This document shows positions 39,601-47,280 of a stretch of DNA of 64,000 nucleotides, in pieces. Positions within the stretch are counted from its first letter, which is position 1. Every line of letters begins with the position of its first letter. Source of the DNA: an uncultured Bifidobacteriaceae bacterium (GTDB lineage Bacteria; Verrucomicrobiota; Verrucomicrobiia; Limisphaerales; UBA11358); assembly GCA_964655855.1 (NCBI GenBank), contig CAZZPE010000004.1:18808-82807 (forward strand). Direction: 5' to 3'. The notes under the pieces were generated by a model. That model saw only the letters and a program-made list of their open reading frames with translations. It ran no database searches and was not told the origin of the DNA. A program made the translations under genes and the position numbers.

Positions 39601-39700
39601 GCAGGACGCGCCGACCTGCCCGAACTGCGGCCACGTCGCCGTGCGCAACGGCGCGTGCTACAAATGCCTGAATTGCGGCGAGAGTCTCGGCTGCTCCTGA
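36614..39700 (+). CDS. nrdJ: Class II (B12-dependent) ribonucleotide reductase
   Basis: FNSPVWFN, SACFI, TNPCSE, LGLGFANLG, VLAPTGTI, SGAISKTVN, C-terminal TSCPD-like domain and CPNC..C..C Zn ribbon; GAGGAG RBS before ATG 36614. Confidence 0.95.
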   Translation: MIDAREEILAPVPHTGHRRTAKVSASRESKGGRSAGKKSLAIERIFSDPKTKPFDQIEWEKRTAEITDDAGKVIFRQENVEVPKSWSQLATKVVVSKYFYGEQHTAERETSVRQLIHRICRTIADWGVADGYFSKADGEIFYEELCWLCVNQCGAFNSPVWFNVGLFHQYGIGKKSGKGNWFFNRKTGEAERAATQYEYPQGSACFIQSVQDNMEDIMRLASSEAMLFKYGSGTGTDLSPLRSSKEKLSGGGRPSGPMSFLKVYDQVANVVKSGGKTRRAAKMNTLRDWHGDIEEFIDAKQKEEKKAWALIEQGYDGSYNGDAYGSVMYQNENLSVRASDEFMTAAIGGKEWWTRAITTNKPLEKKDAAKLLFKIAEGTWICGDPGMQYDGAIQKWHTCKGTEPIHSTNPCSEYVFINNTACNLASLNLMKFKNADGKFEVDRFKAAVRIFITAQEILVDNASYPTKDIAENSHIYRTLGLGFANLGSLCMSYGLPYDSNEGRALAGAITAIMTGHAYEQSTEIAANIGAFPGYRDARCAHVSTPLAKDNVDSMLGVIKLHRDAVETIQPSREFNYLKDEARKTWDGALARGRQHGYRNAQVTVLAPTGTIAFSMDCDTTGIEPDIALVKYKLLAGGGMLKIVNRGVPDALRRLGYGEAENKNIIAHIEKFDTIEDVEENGAVVKSGLKPEHLPIFDCAFKPARGKRSIHYLAHLKMMSAAQPFISGAISKTVNMPNECTVEEIRDTYVQAWKLGLKCVAIYRDGSKRSQPLNTKKTNEGGGKTSPGNSALEGKIAELEAEIARLRIDSGKPLRRRLSDTRTAVTHKFDIAGHEGYLTVGLFKNNQPGELFITMAKEGSTIGGLMDAIGTLTSMALQYGVPLEALVKKFAHQRFEPSGFTKNPDIRNASSITDYVFRWMALQFIPGYRESLPSTRNQPELAMPGLIDELKKKINRPVPELPIAEENDALEVSNGNGHHADDGHAVRSLNDSVAHFQQDAPTCPNCGHVAVRNGACYKCLNCGESLGCS

Positions 39701-39718
39701 AAATTGTCCAGCGACACG

Positions 39719-39755
39719 GGCCGGGGAATTTCGATTCCCCGGCCTGTTTTGTTTT
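39719..39755 (+). terminator. Rho-independent terminator after nrdJ
   Basis: GGCCGGGGAAT-TTCG-ATTCCCCGGCC 11-bp stem followed by TGTTTTGTTTT. Confidence 0.85.
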
Positions 39756-39798
39756 CCGCGCGCTTGTCTCCGCCCGCAGCCGGGATTAAGCTCCGGCC

Positions 39799-40479
39799 AT
39801 GAGCGACACAACCTTTCTCATGCGCGAGGATCCCTGGCGCATCTTCCGCATCATGTCCGAATTTGTGGAGTCGTTCCACACGATGTCGGAAATCGGACCG
39901 GCGGTGAGCATCTTCGGCTCCGCCCGCATGAAGCCGAACGACAAATATTACCGCGCCGCCACCGCCATCGCCAAGGGACTCGCTCGGCACAACCTCGCCG
40001 TCGTCACCGGCGGCGGCCCCGGCATCATGGAGGCGGCCAACAAGGGCGCGGCGCAGGCGGGCGGCAAATCCGTCGGCCTCAACATCGAGCTGCCGCGCGA
40101 GCAAACTGGCAACCGCTACGCCAACATCCCGCTTCACTTCCACTATTTTTTCGCGCGCAAAGTCTGCTTTGCCAAATACAGCCTCGGCTTCATTTACATG
40201 CCCGGCGGCTTCGGCACGCTCGACGAATTGTTTGAGATCATCACCCTCGTCCAGACCGAGCGCATCCCGCAGTTCCCGCTCGTGCTCTTCGGGCGCGACC
40301 ACTGGACCGGCCTGCTGCAATGGATGAAAAAGGAACTGGTGCAAAAAAACAAATTCATCAAGCCCGCCGACCTTGAGCTAGTAAAAGTCACCGACGATGT
40401 TGAGGAAGTTGTCGCCATCATCCGCGACTACGAACGCCATGTCGGCACGCCGCCCGCCCCGCCCAAGGCGTTTGCGTGA
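39799..40479 (+). CDS. LOG-family nucleotide phosphoribohydrolase (TIGR00730-like)
   Basis: GGGPGIMEAAN, FFARK, PGGFGTLDE. Confidence 0.92.
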   Translation: MSDTTFLMREDPWRIFRIMSEFVESFHTMSEIGPAVSIFGSARMKPNDKYYRAATAIAKGLARHNLAVVTGGGPGIMEAANKGAAQAGGKSVGLNIELPREQTGNRYANIPLHFHYFFARKVCFAKYSLGFIYMPGGFGTLDELFEIITLVQTERIPQFPLVLFGRDHWTGLLQWMKKELVQKNKFIKPADLELVKVTDDVEEVVAIIRDYERHVGTPPAPPKAFA

Positions 40480-40485
40480 CGAAAA

Positions 40486-42063
40486 ATGCGCCCGCTGATT
40501 CACGAAATCTCCACCGCGCACACGCCCGAATCGCTCGTCGGGCAATTGCGGATTGCGGGTTGTGGATTGCGGAATGTCGTTTTGCTTCGCACGTCGCAAT
40601 TTGATTCACCTTCGGCGCGCTACTCGTTTGTCGCTGCAAATCCATTCCTGACGTTCCGCTCCTTCGGCTCGCGTTGCGAGATAACTCCGCACTCCGCATT
40701 CCGCGCTCCGCACTTCGGAAATCCGTGGCATCTTCTCGGCAGCCTGATGTCGCGCTATGAGCTGCTGGACGAAATTGACCTGCCCTTTCCGCTCGGCGGC
40801 TGCTTTGGTTTCTGGGGCTACGACCTGAAAAACTTCACCGAACCGAAACTCCCGCGCCGCGCCGTCAACGATTTGGAATTGCCAGACTGCCACGCCGGTT
40901 TTTATGACAGTCTGGTCGTCTTCGACCATCAGCTCGGAAAAGTTTTCATCGTCTCAACCGGCTTGAACGCCGACGGCTCGCGCAGCGAAAAGCGGGCGAA
41001 CGAGCAAATGGAATTTTGGAACCTGTTGATTTCAGGAAAATTGCCACCGAGACACAGAGTCGCGAAGAAACATTCCCCGCTTCCGCGCCTCTGCGGCTCC
41101 GTGGCCCAGATCATCTCAAATCTGTCACGCGACGAATTTATTTCCAAGGTTCAGCGCGCCCAGCGATACATCCGCGCCGGCGACATTTACCAGGTCAACC
41201 TGTCGCAGCGGCTGACGGTGGATTTTTGTGGTAGGGCGGGCAGTCCCCTGCCCGCCGCCGGACGAACGCAGGCCCACGAACGGCGCGCACGGAGTGACGC
41301 GCCCTACCTTCTGGCAAATTCGGACGGCTGGGAATTGTTCCAAAAATTAACCGCCGTTTCCCCAGCTCCGTTTTCGGCATTTCTCGACTGCGGCGATTTT
41401 CAGATTGCATCGTCCTCGCCGGAACAATTTTTACGCATGAGTGGTTCGCAAATCGTCACACGTCCGATCAAGGGCACGCGCCCGCGCGACCCCGACCCGA
41501 CACGCGACGCGCAGCTCGCCTACGAACTCCAGACCAGCACGAAGGAACTCGCCGAGCTGGTGATGATCACCGATCTGCTGCGAAATGATTTGGGCAAGGG
41601 CTGCGAATTCGGCTCCGTGCAAACACCGGAAATCGCCAAGCTGGAAAAATTCGCGCAGGTGCAGCACCTCGTTTCCACCGTCGAGGGTCGCCTGCGGAAC
41701 GACGTGACGCATTTCACCTCGTTCGCGGCAGCTTTTCCCGGCGGCAGCATCACCGGCGCGCCGAAATACCGCGCGATGGAAATCATTGACGAACTGGAGC
41801 CGGTTTCGCGCGGACCTTACTGCGGCGCGATCGGCTTCCTCGGCTTCAACCGCGAGAGCCAGTTGAGCATCACCATCCGCGCAGCGATCTGCCAAGACGG
41901 CCTCGCGCATTTCAACGTTGGCGCGGGCATCGTGGCGGATTCCAATCCCGAGTCGGAATACGAGGAAACGCTGGCGAAGGCCGCCGGCTTTCTGGCGGCA
42001 TTGAGTAGCAGCCGACGTGAGGAGGCTCCGACTAAAATTCCATCGAGCGATTTTGAAGTTTGA
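40486..42063 (+). CDS. pabB: Aminodeoxychorismate synthase component I (PabB/TrpE family) with several repeat-derived inserts
   Basis: GDIYQVNLSQ, SSPEQFL, PIKGTRPR, FPGGSITGAPK, VGAGIVADS; pabC-like gene nearby. Confidence 0.85.
   Translation: MRPLIHEISTAHTPESLVGQLRIAGCGLRNVVLLRTSQFDSPSARYSFVAANPFLTFRSFGSRCEITPHSAFRAPHFGNPWHLLGSLMSRYELLDEIDLPFPLGGCFGFWGYDLKNFTEPKLPRRAVNDLELPDCHAGFYDSLVVFDHQLGKVFIVSTGLNADGSRSEKRANEQMEFWNLLISGKLPPRHRVAKKHSPLPRLCGSVAQIISNLSRDEFISKVQRAQRYIRAGDIYQVNLSQRLTVDFCGRAGSPLPAAGRTQAHERRARSDAPYLLANSDGWELFQKLTAVSPAPFSAFLDCGDFQIASSSPEQFLRMSGSQIVTRPIKGTRPRDPDPTRDAQLAYELQTSTKELAELVMITDLLRNDLGKGCEFGSVQTPEIAKLEKFAQVQHLVSTVEGRLRNDVTHFTSFAAAFPGGSITGAPKYRAMEIIDELEPVSRGPYCGAIGFLGFNRESQLSITIRAAICQDGLAHFNVGAGIVADSNPESEYEETLAKAAGFLAALSSSRREEAPTKIPSSDFEV
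40546..40573. repeat. Four-unit heptamer array (TTGCGGA) in pabB
   Basis: TTGCGGA TTGCGGG TTGTGGA TTGCGGA; reverse complement of the der TCCGCAA array. Confidence 0.85.
40685..40712. repeat. Four-unit heptamer array (YTCCGCA) in pabB
   Basis: CTCCGCA CTCCGCA TTCCGCG CTCCGCA; encodes TPHSAFRAPH. Confidence 0.85.
41043..41105. repeat. Octamer-type inverted repeat in pabB
   Basis: GCCACCGAGACACAGAG ... CTCTGCGGCTCCGTGGC, imperfect inverted arms. Confidence 0.7.
41230..41308. repeat. GTAG-type REP-like doublet (family B) in pabB
   Basis: GGTAGGGCGGGCAGTCCCCTGCCCGCC and GGCGCGCACGGAGTGACGCGCCCTACC. Confidence 0.9.
42005..42028. repeat. Single family-A REP-like unit in the pabB 3' end
   Basis: GTAGCAGCCGACGTGAGGAGGCTC. 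Confidence 0.75.
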
Positions 42064-42085
42064 GCCTCGTTACAAATCGAATAGC

Positions 42086-43588
42086 CTATTTCACCTTTTC
42101 CACCACCAGCATTTCAATAGGCATGTTGGTCGGAACAAGTTCCAGCCCCAATTGTTTATGCAAAGCGTCTCCGAAGGCTTGTCTCATGGCATTAATGTTT
42201 GTGTTCCAAGATGGATTCAATTCCGGACGATGAAAGGAATAATCGTATTGGTTCGTGAGCCCGGTCTCATCAATAATTGGCAAATTCAAGGTATCTTCCA
42301 ATGAATTCTGCCATATCAAATCGCCTATGGTCCGATTGAAGTGAGCGTCTCCATCATCATGGCCGGCAGCCGCATTGGCGCTGGGTTTGAATGCAGGAGC
42401 CTCCAGGTTTGAAAGTTTGAGCAAAAGAACATTCCTTTGCCTCAATTCCTTTTTCCCCACAAAGCCGAATTTTCGCTTTATTTCTTGTGCCAGTGCTTCA
42501 GACGAACCTTTTGTAAGGCTGACGATGTAATCGTAGTTTTCCTGTGGCAATTTGGGAAGAATGGCCCGGGTCGGTTTGGAATCATAAGCATCGAAAATCA
42601 TTTGTTCGACTGACGTGTCGAATTCCAGCCTCTTGACATTTTGGATTCGTCCTTGGCCGTTGTTTTGGAAATAGGTTGCCACGGTGCTGCGACGCTGAGA
42701 AAATATCGTCGGTCGAATTTCCACCATTGGCGGCGCCGCTTCAAGCACTTTGGCCATGTTATCCGTTTGAACCTGCCATTGATAAGCGTAATGTTTCGTT
42801 AATTCCTTGATGGTTATTGTCGCTGTCCCCACAGCAATCAACGCGGCTAACCCGATAACAGTCGTCGTTCTTGCCTTTGTCCACGCCATAATTTTCAATG
42901 TTCCTTTGATGAGGGTTAAGATTGAAGCCGAGGCCGCCGCGCCTTTGGCCAGCGCCACGGCGGTCACGGTTTTTGCCAGCGCCGGGGGCGCAGCTTGAAT
43001 GGAATTGACGGAAATCTTTTCCGCAATGGTTGCCGCCGTCGAACTCACGCCGCGTTTGGCAAAATAACGGCTCAACTTCTCCAAAGCGCGGCTCACGCGC
43101 TTGCGCGCGGGGTCTTCGCCCATTCCGAGAAAGCTTCCGACTTCCGCCAGGCTTTTGTTTTCAAAGAAGCGCAGCAGCACGGCCTGCCGGTCTTTCTCGC
43201 CGAGCGTCGCCAGCGCCTCGTCCAGCACCGGCGACATTTGGTTCCAGACTTCATCAGCCGCCGGGGTTTGAAATTCAGATTGCATTTGCACCTCCAGTTC
43301 GCGGCGCCACCGCTTCGCCCGCTCGCGGATTTGCGCCAGCGCGGCAAACCGCGTCGTCCGGAAAAGCCAGCCGGTCAAAATGGTTTTGTCCGAAATCCGC
43401 CCGGCCTTTTGTGCAAGAATGATGAACACCGCCTGTGTGATTTCCTCCGCCAGATGCGGGTCGCGCACCTGCCGCAGCGCCGCCGCATAGACAAAACCGA
43501 TCCGCCGCGAAACCAGTTCCGCAAACGCCGTTTCGGAGTTGTTCGCCACGTAGTCGCGCAATAGCGCCATGTCGTCCACTGCCTGCAT
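42086..43588 (-). CDS. ECF sigma-70 factor fused to a TM helix and a C-terminal TIGR03435-like domain
   Basis: Sigma regions 2 and 4 (AEEITQAVFIIL, LLRFFENKSLAEVG), TM (VIGLAALIAVGTATI), C-terminal IIDETGL..YD..LGLELVPT.MPIEMLVVEK pattern. Confidence 0.82.
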   Translation of the reverse strand: MQAVDDMALLRDYVANNSETAFAELVSRRIGFVYAAALRQVRDPHLAEEITQAVFIILAQKAGRISDKTILTGWLFRTTRFAALAQIRERAKRWRRELEVQMQSEFQTPAADEVWNQMSPVLDEALATLGEKDRQAVLLRFFENKSLAEVGSFLGMGEDPARKRVSRALEKLSRYFAKRGVSSTAATIAEKISVNSIQAAPPALAKTVTAVALAKGAAASASILTLIKGTLKIMAWTKARTTTVIGLAALIAVGTATITIKELTKHYAYQWQVQTDNMAKVLEAAPPMVEIRPTIFSQRRSTVATYFQNNGQGRIQNVKRLEFDTSVEQMIFDAYDSKPTRAILPKLPQENYDYIVSLTKGSSEALAQEIKRKFGFVGKKELRQRNVLLLKLSNLEAPAFKPSANAAAGHDDGDAHFNRTIGDLIWQNSLEDTLNLPIIDETGLTNQYDYSFHRPELNPSWNTNINAMRQAFGDALHKQLGLELVPTNMPIEMLVVEKVK

Positions 43589-43644
43589 TCACCTATAAAT
43601 GCCGGTTTTTGGCGAAACCGGACAATCTTTTTGCAAAATAATTC

Positions 43645-43722
43645 AACGCAAAGACGCAAAGGCGCAAAGCCGAAGAGGTAAAAACATGACATTGCGCCTT
43701 TGCGTCTTTGTGTCTTTGCGTT
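43645..43722. repeat. Octamer inverted array (CGCAAAGA ... TCTTTGCG)
   Basis: AACGCAAAGACGCAAAGGCGCAAAG ... CTTTGCGTCTTTGTGTCTTTGCGTT; same termini as 33702-33852. Confidence 0.85.
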
Positions 43723-43732
43723 AAAAAAAGGC

Positions 43733-44572
43733 GTGCAGGTTTTTCTTAATGGAAATTTTGTTCCCGAGAAACAGGCGGTCGTTCCCGCAAGCGACCGCGG
43801 GTTTCTGCTGGGCGACGGATTGTTTGAAACGATGCGCGTCGCCGGTGGAACGCCATTCCGCTTCGCGCAGCATCTGGAACGGCTGGCGCGCGGCGCGGAA
43901 TTTCTGAAAATCATTTGCCCGTTCACGCCGGGTGAACTGGAAAAATTCGCCGGGCAGCTCATCGGGCGGAATCAAATGCCCGAAGCCATCCTTCGCCTGA
44001 CGCTGACGCGCGGGCCGGGCGGACGCGGCTACACGCCGAACGGCAAAGGCAGTCCGACGGTCGTGATGACCTTGCATCCCGCGCCATCGTCGGACAATTC
44101 CGTCAAATGGAGCCTGGTCACATCATCGTTTCGGATTCCAGCCGCCGATCCGCTGGCTTCGTTCAAAACCACGAGCAAGATTTTGCACGTCATGGCGCGC
44201 GCCGAGGCCGCGGAACGGGGCGCGGACGAGGCGCTGCTCCCCAACACAAACGGCGAAGTGGCCGAGACCGCCGGCGGCAATTTGTTCTGGGTCCATGACG
44301 ACACCATTTGCACCCCGCCGGCCGGGAGCGGCGCGCTACCGGGCGTCACACGGGCGGTCGTCCTCGAAATCTGCCGGACGCTCGGACTGAAAACGGACGT
44401 GCGCGCCACCAAGCCGGAGGCGTTGCGGAATTCAGGCGGCCTTTTCATCACGCAAAGCGCGCTGGGCATCGTGGCGGTGACGGCGTTCGACGGCGCGCCG
44501 GTCGCGCCGTCGCCACTCGTGGACCGGATCGCGCGTGCTTACCATCAAATGCTGGTCCGGCCAGTGGTTTAG
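43733..44572 (+). CDS. pabC: Class IV aminotransferase, 4-amino-4-deoxychorismate lyase-like
   Basis: DRGFLLGDGLFETMR, GEVAETAGGNLF, LPGVTR; near pabB. GTG start inferred. Confidence 0.75.
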   Translation: MQVFLNGNFVPEKQAVVPASDRGFLLGDGLFETMRVAGGTPFRFAQHLERLARGAEFLKIICPFTPGELEKFAGQLIGRNQMPEAILRLTLTRGPGGRGYTPNGKGSPTVVMTLHPAPSSDNSVKWSLVTSSFRIPAADPLASFKTTSKILHVMARAEAAERGADEALLPNTNGEVAETAGGNLFWVHDDTICTPPAGSGALPGVTRAVVLEICRTLGLKTDVRATKPEALRNSGGLFITQSALGIVAVTAFDGAPVAPSPLVDRIARAYHQMLVRPVV

Positions 44573-44674
44573 TTTTAATAATTGTTTTAATTAGAATCAA
44601 TCAAATCATCCCATGCGCCCTTGAAAACGGCCCTTCCGGGGCATAGTTTGCCTTGGAAAACGGCGGAGGTGATT

Positions 44675-45376
44675 ATGACGAACATTGGCGTTGAACATTG
44701 CGCGTCCTTTGTCAGCAGCCAGTTCCAATCGGGCGGAACGGCTGAAGCCGGGGCGGAGACCGGCGTCCGACAGGCGGTGACTATTTCCAGGCAGGCCGGC
44801 TGCGGCGCGCTGGCGGTCGCCGAAAAACTCTCCCACTATTTGCAGGAACATTCGCCTCAACACGCCGTCGCGTGGAAGGTTTTCGACCGCAATCTCATGG
44901 AAAAAGTGCTGGAAGACCACGATCTTCCGGCCCGCCTGGCCCGGTTCCTGCCGGAGGATCGCGTTTCCTATCTCGAAGACATCCTGGCCGATCTTTTTCA
45001 GGCCTATCCGCCGTCGCAAACGGTGGTCCGCCAGACGGCCGAAACCATCCTCAAACTAGCCAGCCTCGGCAACGCCATCCTCATCGGACGTGGCGGCAAC
45101 GTCATCACGGCCCGGCTGCCGAACATGCTTCATGTCCGTCTGGTAGCCCCGCTGGAGGACCGCATTGCGCATTCCCACGATGCCTATGGCATGACCAAAA
45201 TCGAGGCCCGCAAATTCTGTTTGCACGAGGATTTGGGCCGAGAACGTTACCTGAAAAAATATTTTCACGCCGACGTCAACGACCCGCTGCTTTATCACAT
45301 GGTCATCAACACCGGGCTGGTCGGCTATGACAACGCCGCGAAAATCATCGGCGACGCGGTGCTGAACCAGCGCTGA
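44675..45376 (+). CDS. Cytidylate kinase-like family protein
   Basis: VTISRQAGCG, IGRGG, RYLKKYF..D.NDP..YHMVINTG; GGAGGT RBS. Confidence 0.85.
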   Translation: MTNIGVEHCASFVSSQFQSGGTAEAGAETGVRQAVTISRQAGCGALAVAEKLSHYLQEHSPQHAVAWKVFDRNLMEKVLEDHDLPARLARFLPEDRVSYLEDILADLFQAYPPSQTVVRQTAETILKLASLGNAILIGRGGNVITARLPNMLHVRLVAPLEDRIAHSHDAYGMTKIEARKFCLHEDLGRERYLKKYFHADVNDPLLYHMVINTGLVGYDNAAKIIGDAVLNQR

Positions 45377-45430
45377 TTCCGCCGCGACTTCAAACTTGGG
45401 TTGGCGGCGGGTCTGTGGCTTAATCCCATC

Positions 45431-46507
45431 ATGCCTCGCCGCTCCAGATCAAAATACCGGATGCCGGGCGCTCGCCGCAAATGGCGCGGCGGCTTTGGCT
45501 GGCTGGTCGTGCTGGTGCTTGTTGTTGGCGCGATCTGGTTCTGGCGTGAGCACAAACGCCCGAAAACAACTGCCCGCGCGCACCCAGCGGCAACCACAAC
45601 GACGGCGGTCAGGCCGCAAACCCGGCCACTGACAATTCCACGCCAGTCACCGGCAGATTTTCCGCGCCCGGTTCACGACGTTTTGGAGGCGCAAATCGCG
45701 CTGGCCCGGCGCGGCATTTCGCCAGGTTCGATTGATGCCGCGCTCGGTTCGCAGACGCGCGCGGCTATTTCGGTTTTTCAGGAATCGGAAAATCTGCCGC
45801 AGACCGGAACGCTCGACGCCGACACGCGCGCGCGGCTGACGCTTGACGCGCCGCTTTTGACAAATTACATCGTGACGGCGGACGACCTAGCGCGGCTGCA
45901 GCCGCTCGGCAAATCGTGGCTGGCCAAGTCGCAGCAGACCGCGCTGGATTACGAGACCGAGCTGGAGCTGGTCGCGGAGAAAAGCCACTCGCATCCGCTG
46001 TTGATTGAAAAACTGAATCCGGCCGTGAACTGGACGAACCTCGCGGCAGGAGCCGTTTTGCAAGTTCCGGACGTGAATTATCCCGACCCGGCGGACAAGG
46101 CGGCCTTCGTGGTCATCCACCTGTCGGACAAATTTCTGGAGGCGTTCGACACGGAGACAAATCTGCTGGCACATTTCCCGTGCAGCATCGCGGCGAAGGT
46201 CGAAAAGCGGCCGGTCGGCGAACTGCACGTCGCCGTGGTCGCGCCAAATCCGAATTACACATTTGACCCGGAACTTTTTCCAGAATCCGGCGAGACGCAA
46301 AAGCTGGTTTTGCCTCCCGGCCCGAACAATCCGGTGGGCGTGGCGTGGATCGGCCTGGACAAGCCGGGTTATGGCATCCACGGCACGCCCGCGCCGGAGC
46401 AGATCGGGCGGACGGAATCGCATGGCTGCTTCCGGCTGGCGAACTGGGACGCGGAATATTTGCTAAAGCTGGCGTGGGTCGGCATGCCGGTGCTGGTCGA
46501 ACCGTGA
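45431..46507 (+). CDS. L,D-transpeptidase (YkuD family) with peptidoglycan-binding domain
   Basis: N-terminal TM, PG-binding motif (DAALGSQTRAAISVFQ), GIHGT..SHGCFRL. Confidence 0.9.
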   Translation: MPRRSRSKYRMPGARRKWRGGFGWLVVLVLVVGAIWFWREHKRPKTTARAHPAATTTTAVRPQTRPLTIPRQSPADFPRPVHDVLEAQIALARRGISPGSIDAALGSQTRAAISVFQESENLPQTGTLDADTRARLTLDAPLLTNYIVTADDLARLQPLGKSWLAKSQQTALDYETELELVAEKSHSHPLLIEKLNPAVNWTNLAAGAVLQVPDVNYPDPADKAAFVVIHLSDKFLEAFDTETNLLAHFPCSIAAKVEKRPVGELHVAVVAPNPNYTFDPELFPESGETQKLVLPPGPNNPVGVAWIGLDKPGYGIHGTPAPEQIGRTESHGCFRLANWDAEYLLKLAWVGMPVLVEP

Positions 46508-46592
46508 GCGACTACAAAAATCGCGCCAAATTATCATTGCCCGCCGGCGTGCTTTGCTTTAGCTGTTAAGCAAACTTAACCAAAGGAAATTT

Positions 46593-47195
46593 ATGGCCAT
46601 TGGATTGATTGTTGCGATTGTGGTGCTCGTCGTTGTCATCGGCGTCATCGGTTTCATCGTCGGCGTCTATAACAAGCTCGTCACGATGCGGAACCGCTAC
46701 AAAAACGCCTACGCGCAGATTGACGTGCAGCTCAAGCGCCGCTACGACCTGATTCCGAATCTCGTTGAGACGGCGAAGGGTTACATCAAGCACGAGCGCG
46801 AAACGCTCGAAGCGGTCACTGCGGCGCGCAACATCGCCTACGCCGCGTCCAAGGCCGCCGCCGCCAACCCCGGCGACGCCACCGCGATGAAGAGCCTGGC
46901 CTCGGCGGAAACCGGCCTCGGCGGCACGTTGAGCCGGCTGATGATGGTTTCCGAGGCGTATCCCGATTTGAAGGCGAACCAGAACATGATGCAGCTCACC
47001 GAGGAGCTGACCTCGACGGAAAATAAAATCTCCTTCGCCCGGCAGGCTTATAACGACTCGGTGATGACCTACAACACCGACCGCGAAGTGTTTCCGAGCA
47101 ACCTCATCGCCAACACGTTCAACTTCGGCCCGGCGGAACTGTTCGTCGTGGACAAGCCGGAGCAGAAGGACGCGCCAAAGGTTTCGTTTTCGTGA
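46593..47195 (+). CDS. lemA: LemA family protein
   Basis: YNKLV, QIDVQLKRRYDLIPNLV, EAYPDLKAN, ARQAYND. Confidence 0.95.
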   Translation: MAIGLIVAIVVLVVVIGVIGFIVGVYNKLVTMRNRYKNAYAQIDVQLKRRYDLIPNLVETAKGYIKHERETLEAVTAARNIAYAASKAAAANPGDATAMKSLASAETGLGGTLSRLMMVSEAYPDLKANQNMMQLTEELTSTENKISFARQAYNDSVMTYNTDREVFPSNLIANTFNFGPAELFVVDKPEQKDAPKVSFS

Positions 47196-47198
47196 GCC

Positions 47199-47272
47199 GT
47201 TGAATTGTTGAATCGTTAAATCGGCCAACGTGCTCATTCCGATGCAACGATTCACGATTTAACAATTCACGA
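47199..47272. repeat. Octamer inverted array (GTTGAATC ... GATTYAAC)
   Basis: GTTGAATT GTTGAATC GTTAAATC ... GATGCAAC GATTCAC GATTTAAC AATTCAC; fills the lemA-M48 gap. Confidence 0.8.
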
Positions 47273-47280
47273 GCAACGCC

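Noticed and set aside
36614-39700. Possible intein in nrdJ (dnaB at 60697-62166 also checked)
   Set aside because: Lengths (1028 and 489 aa) are explained by normal domains, and no intein or LAGLIDADG motifs were seen.
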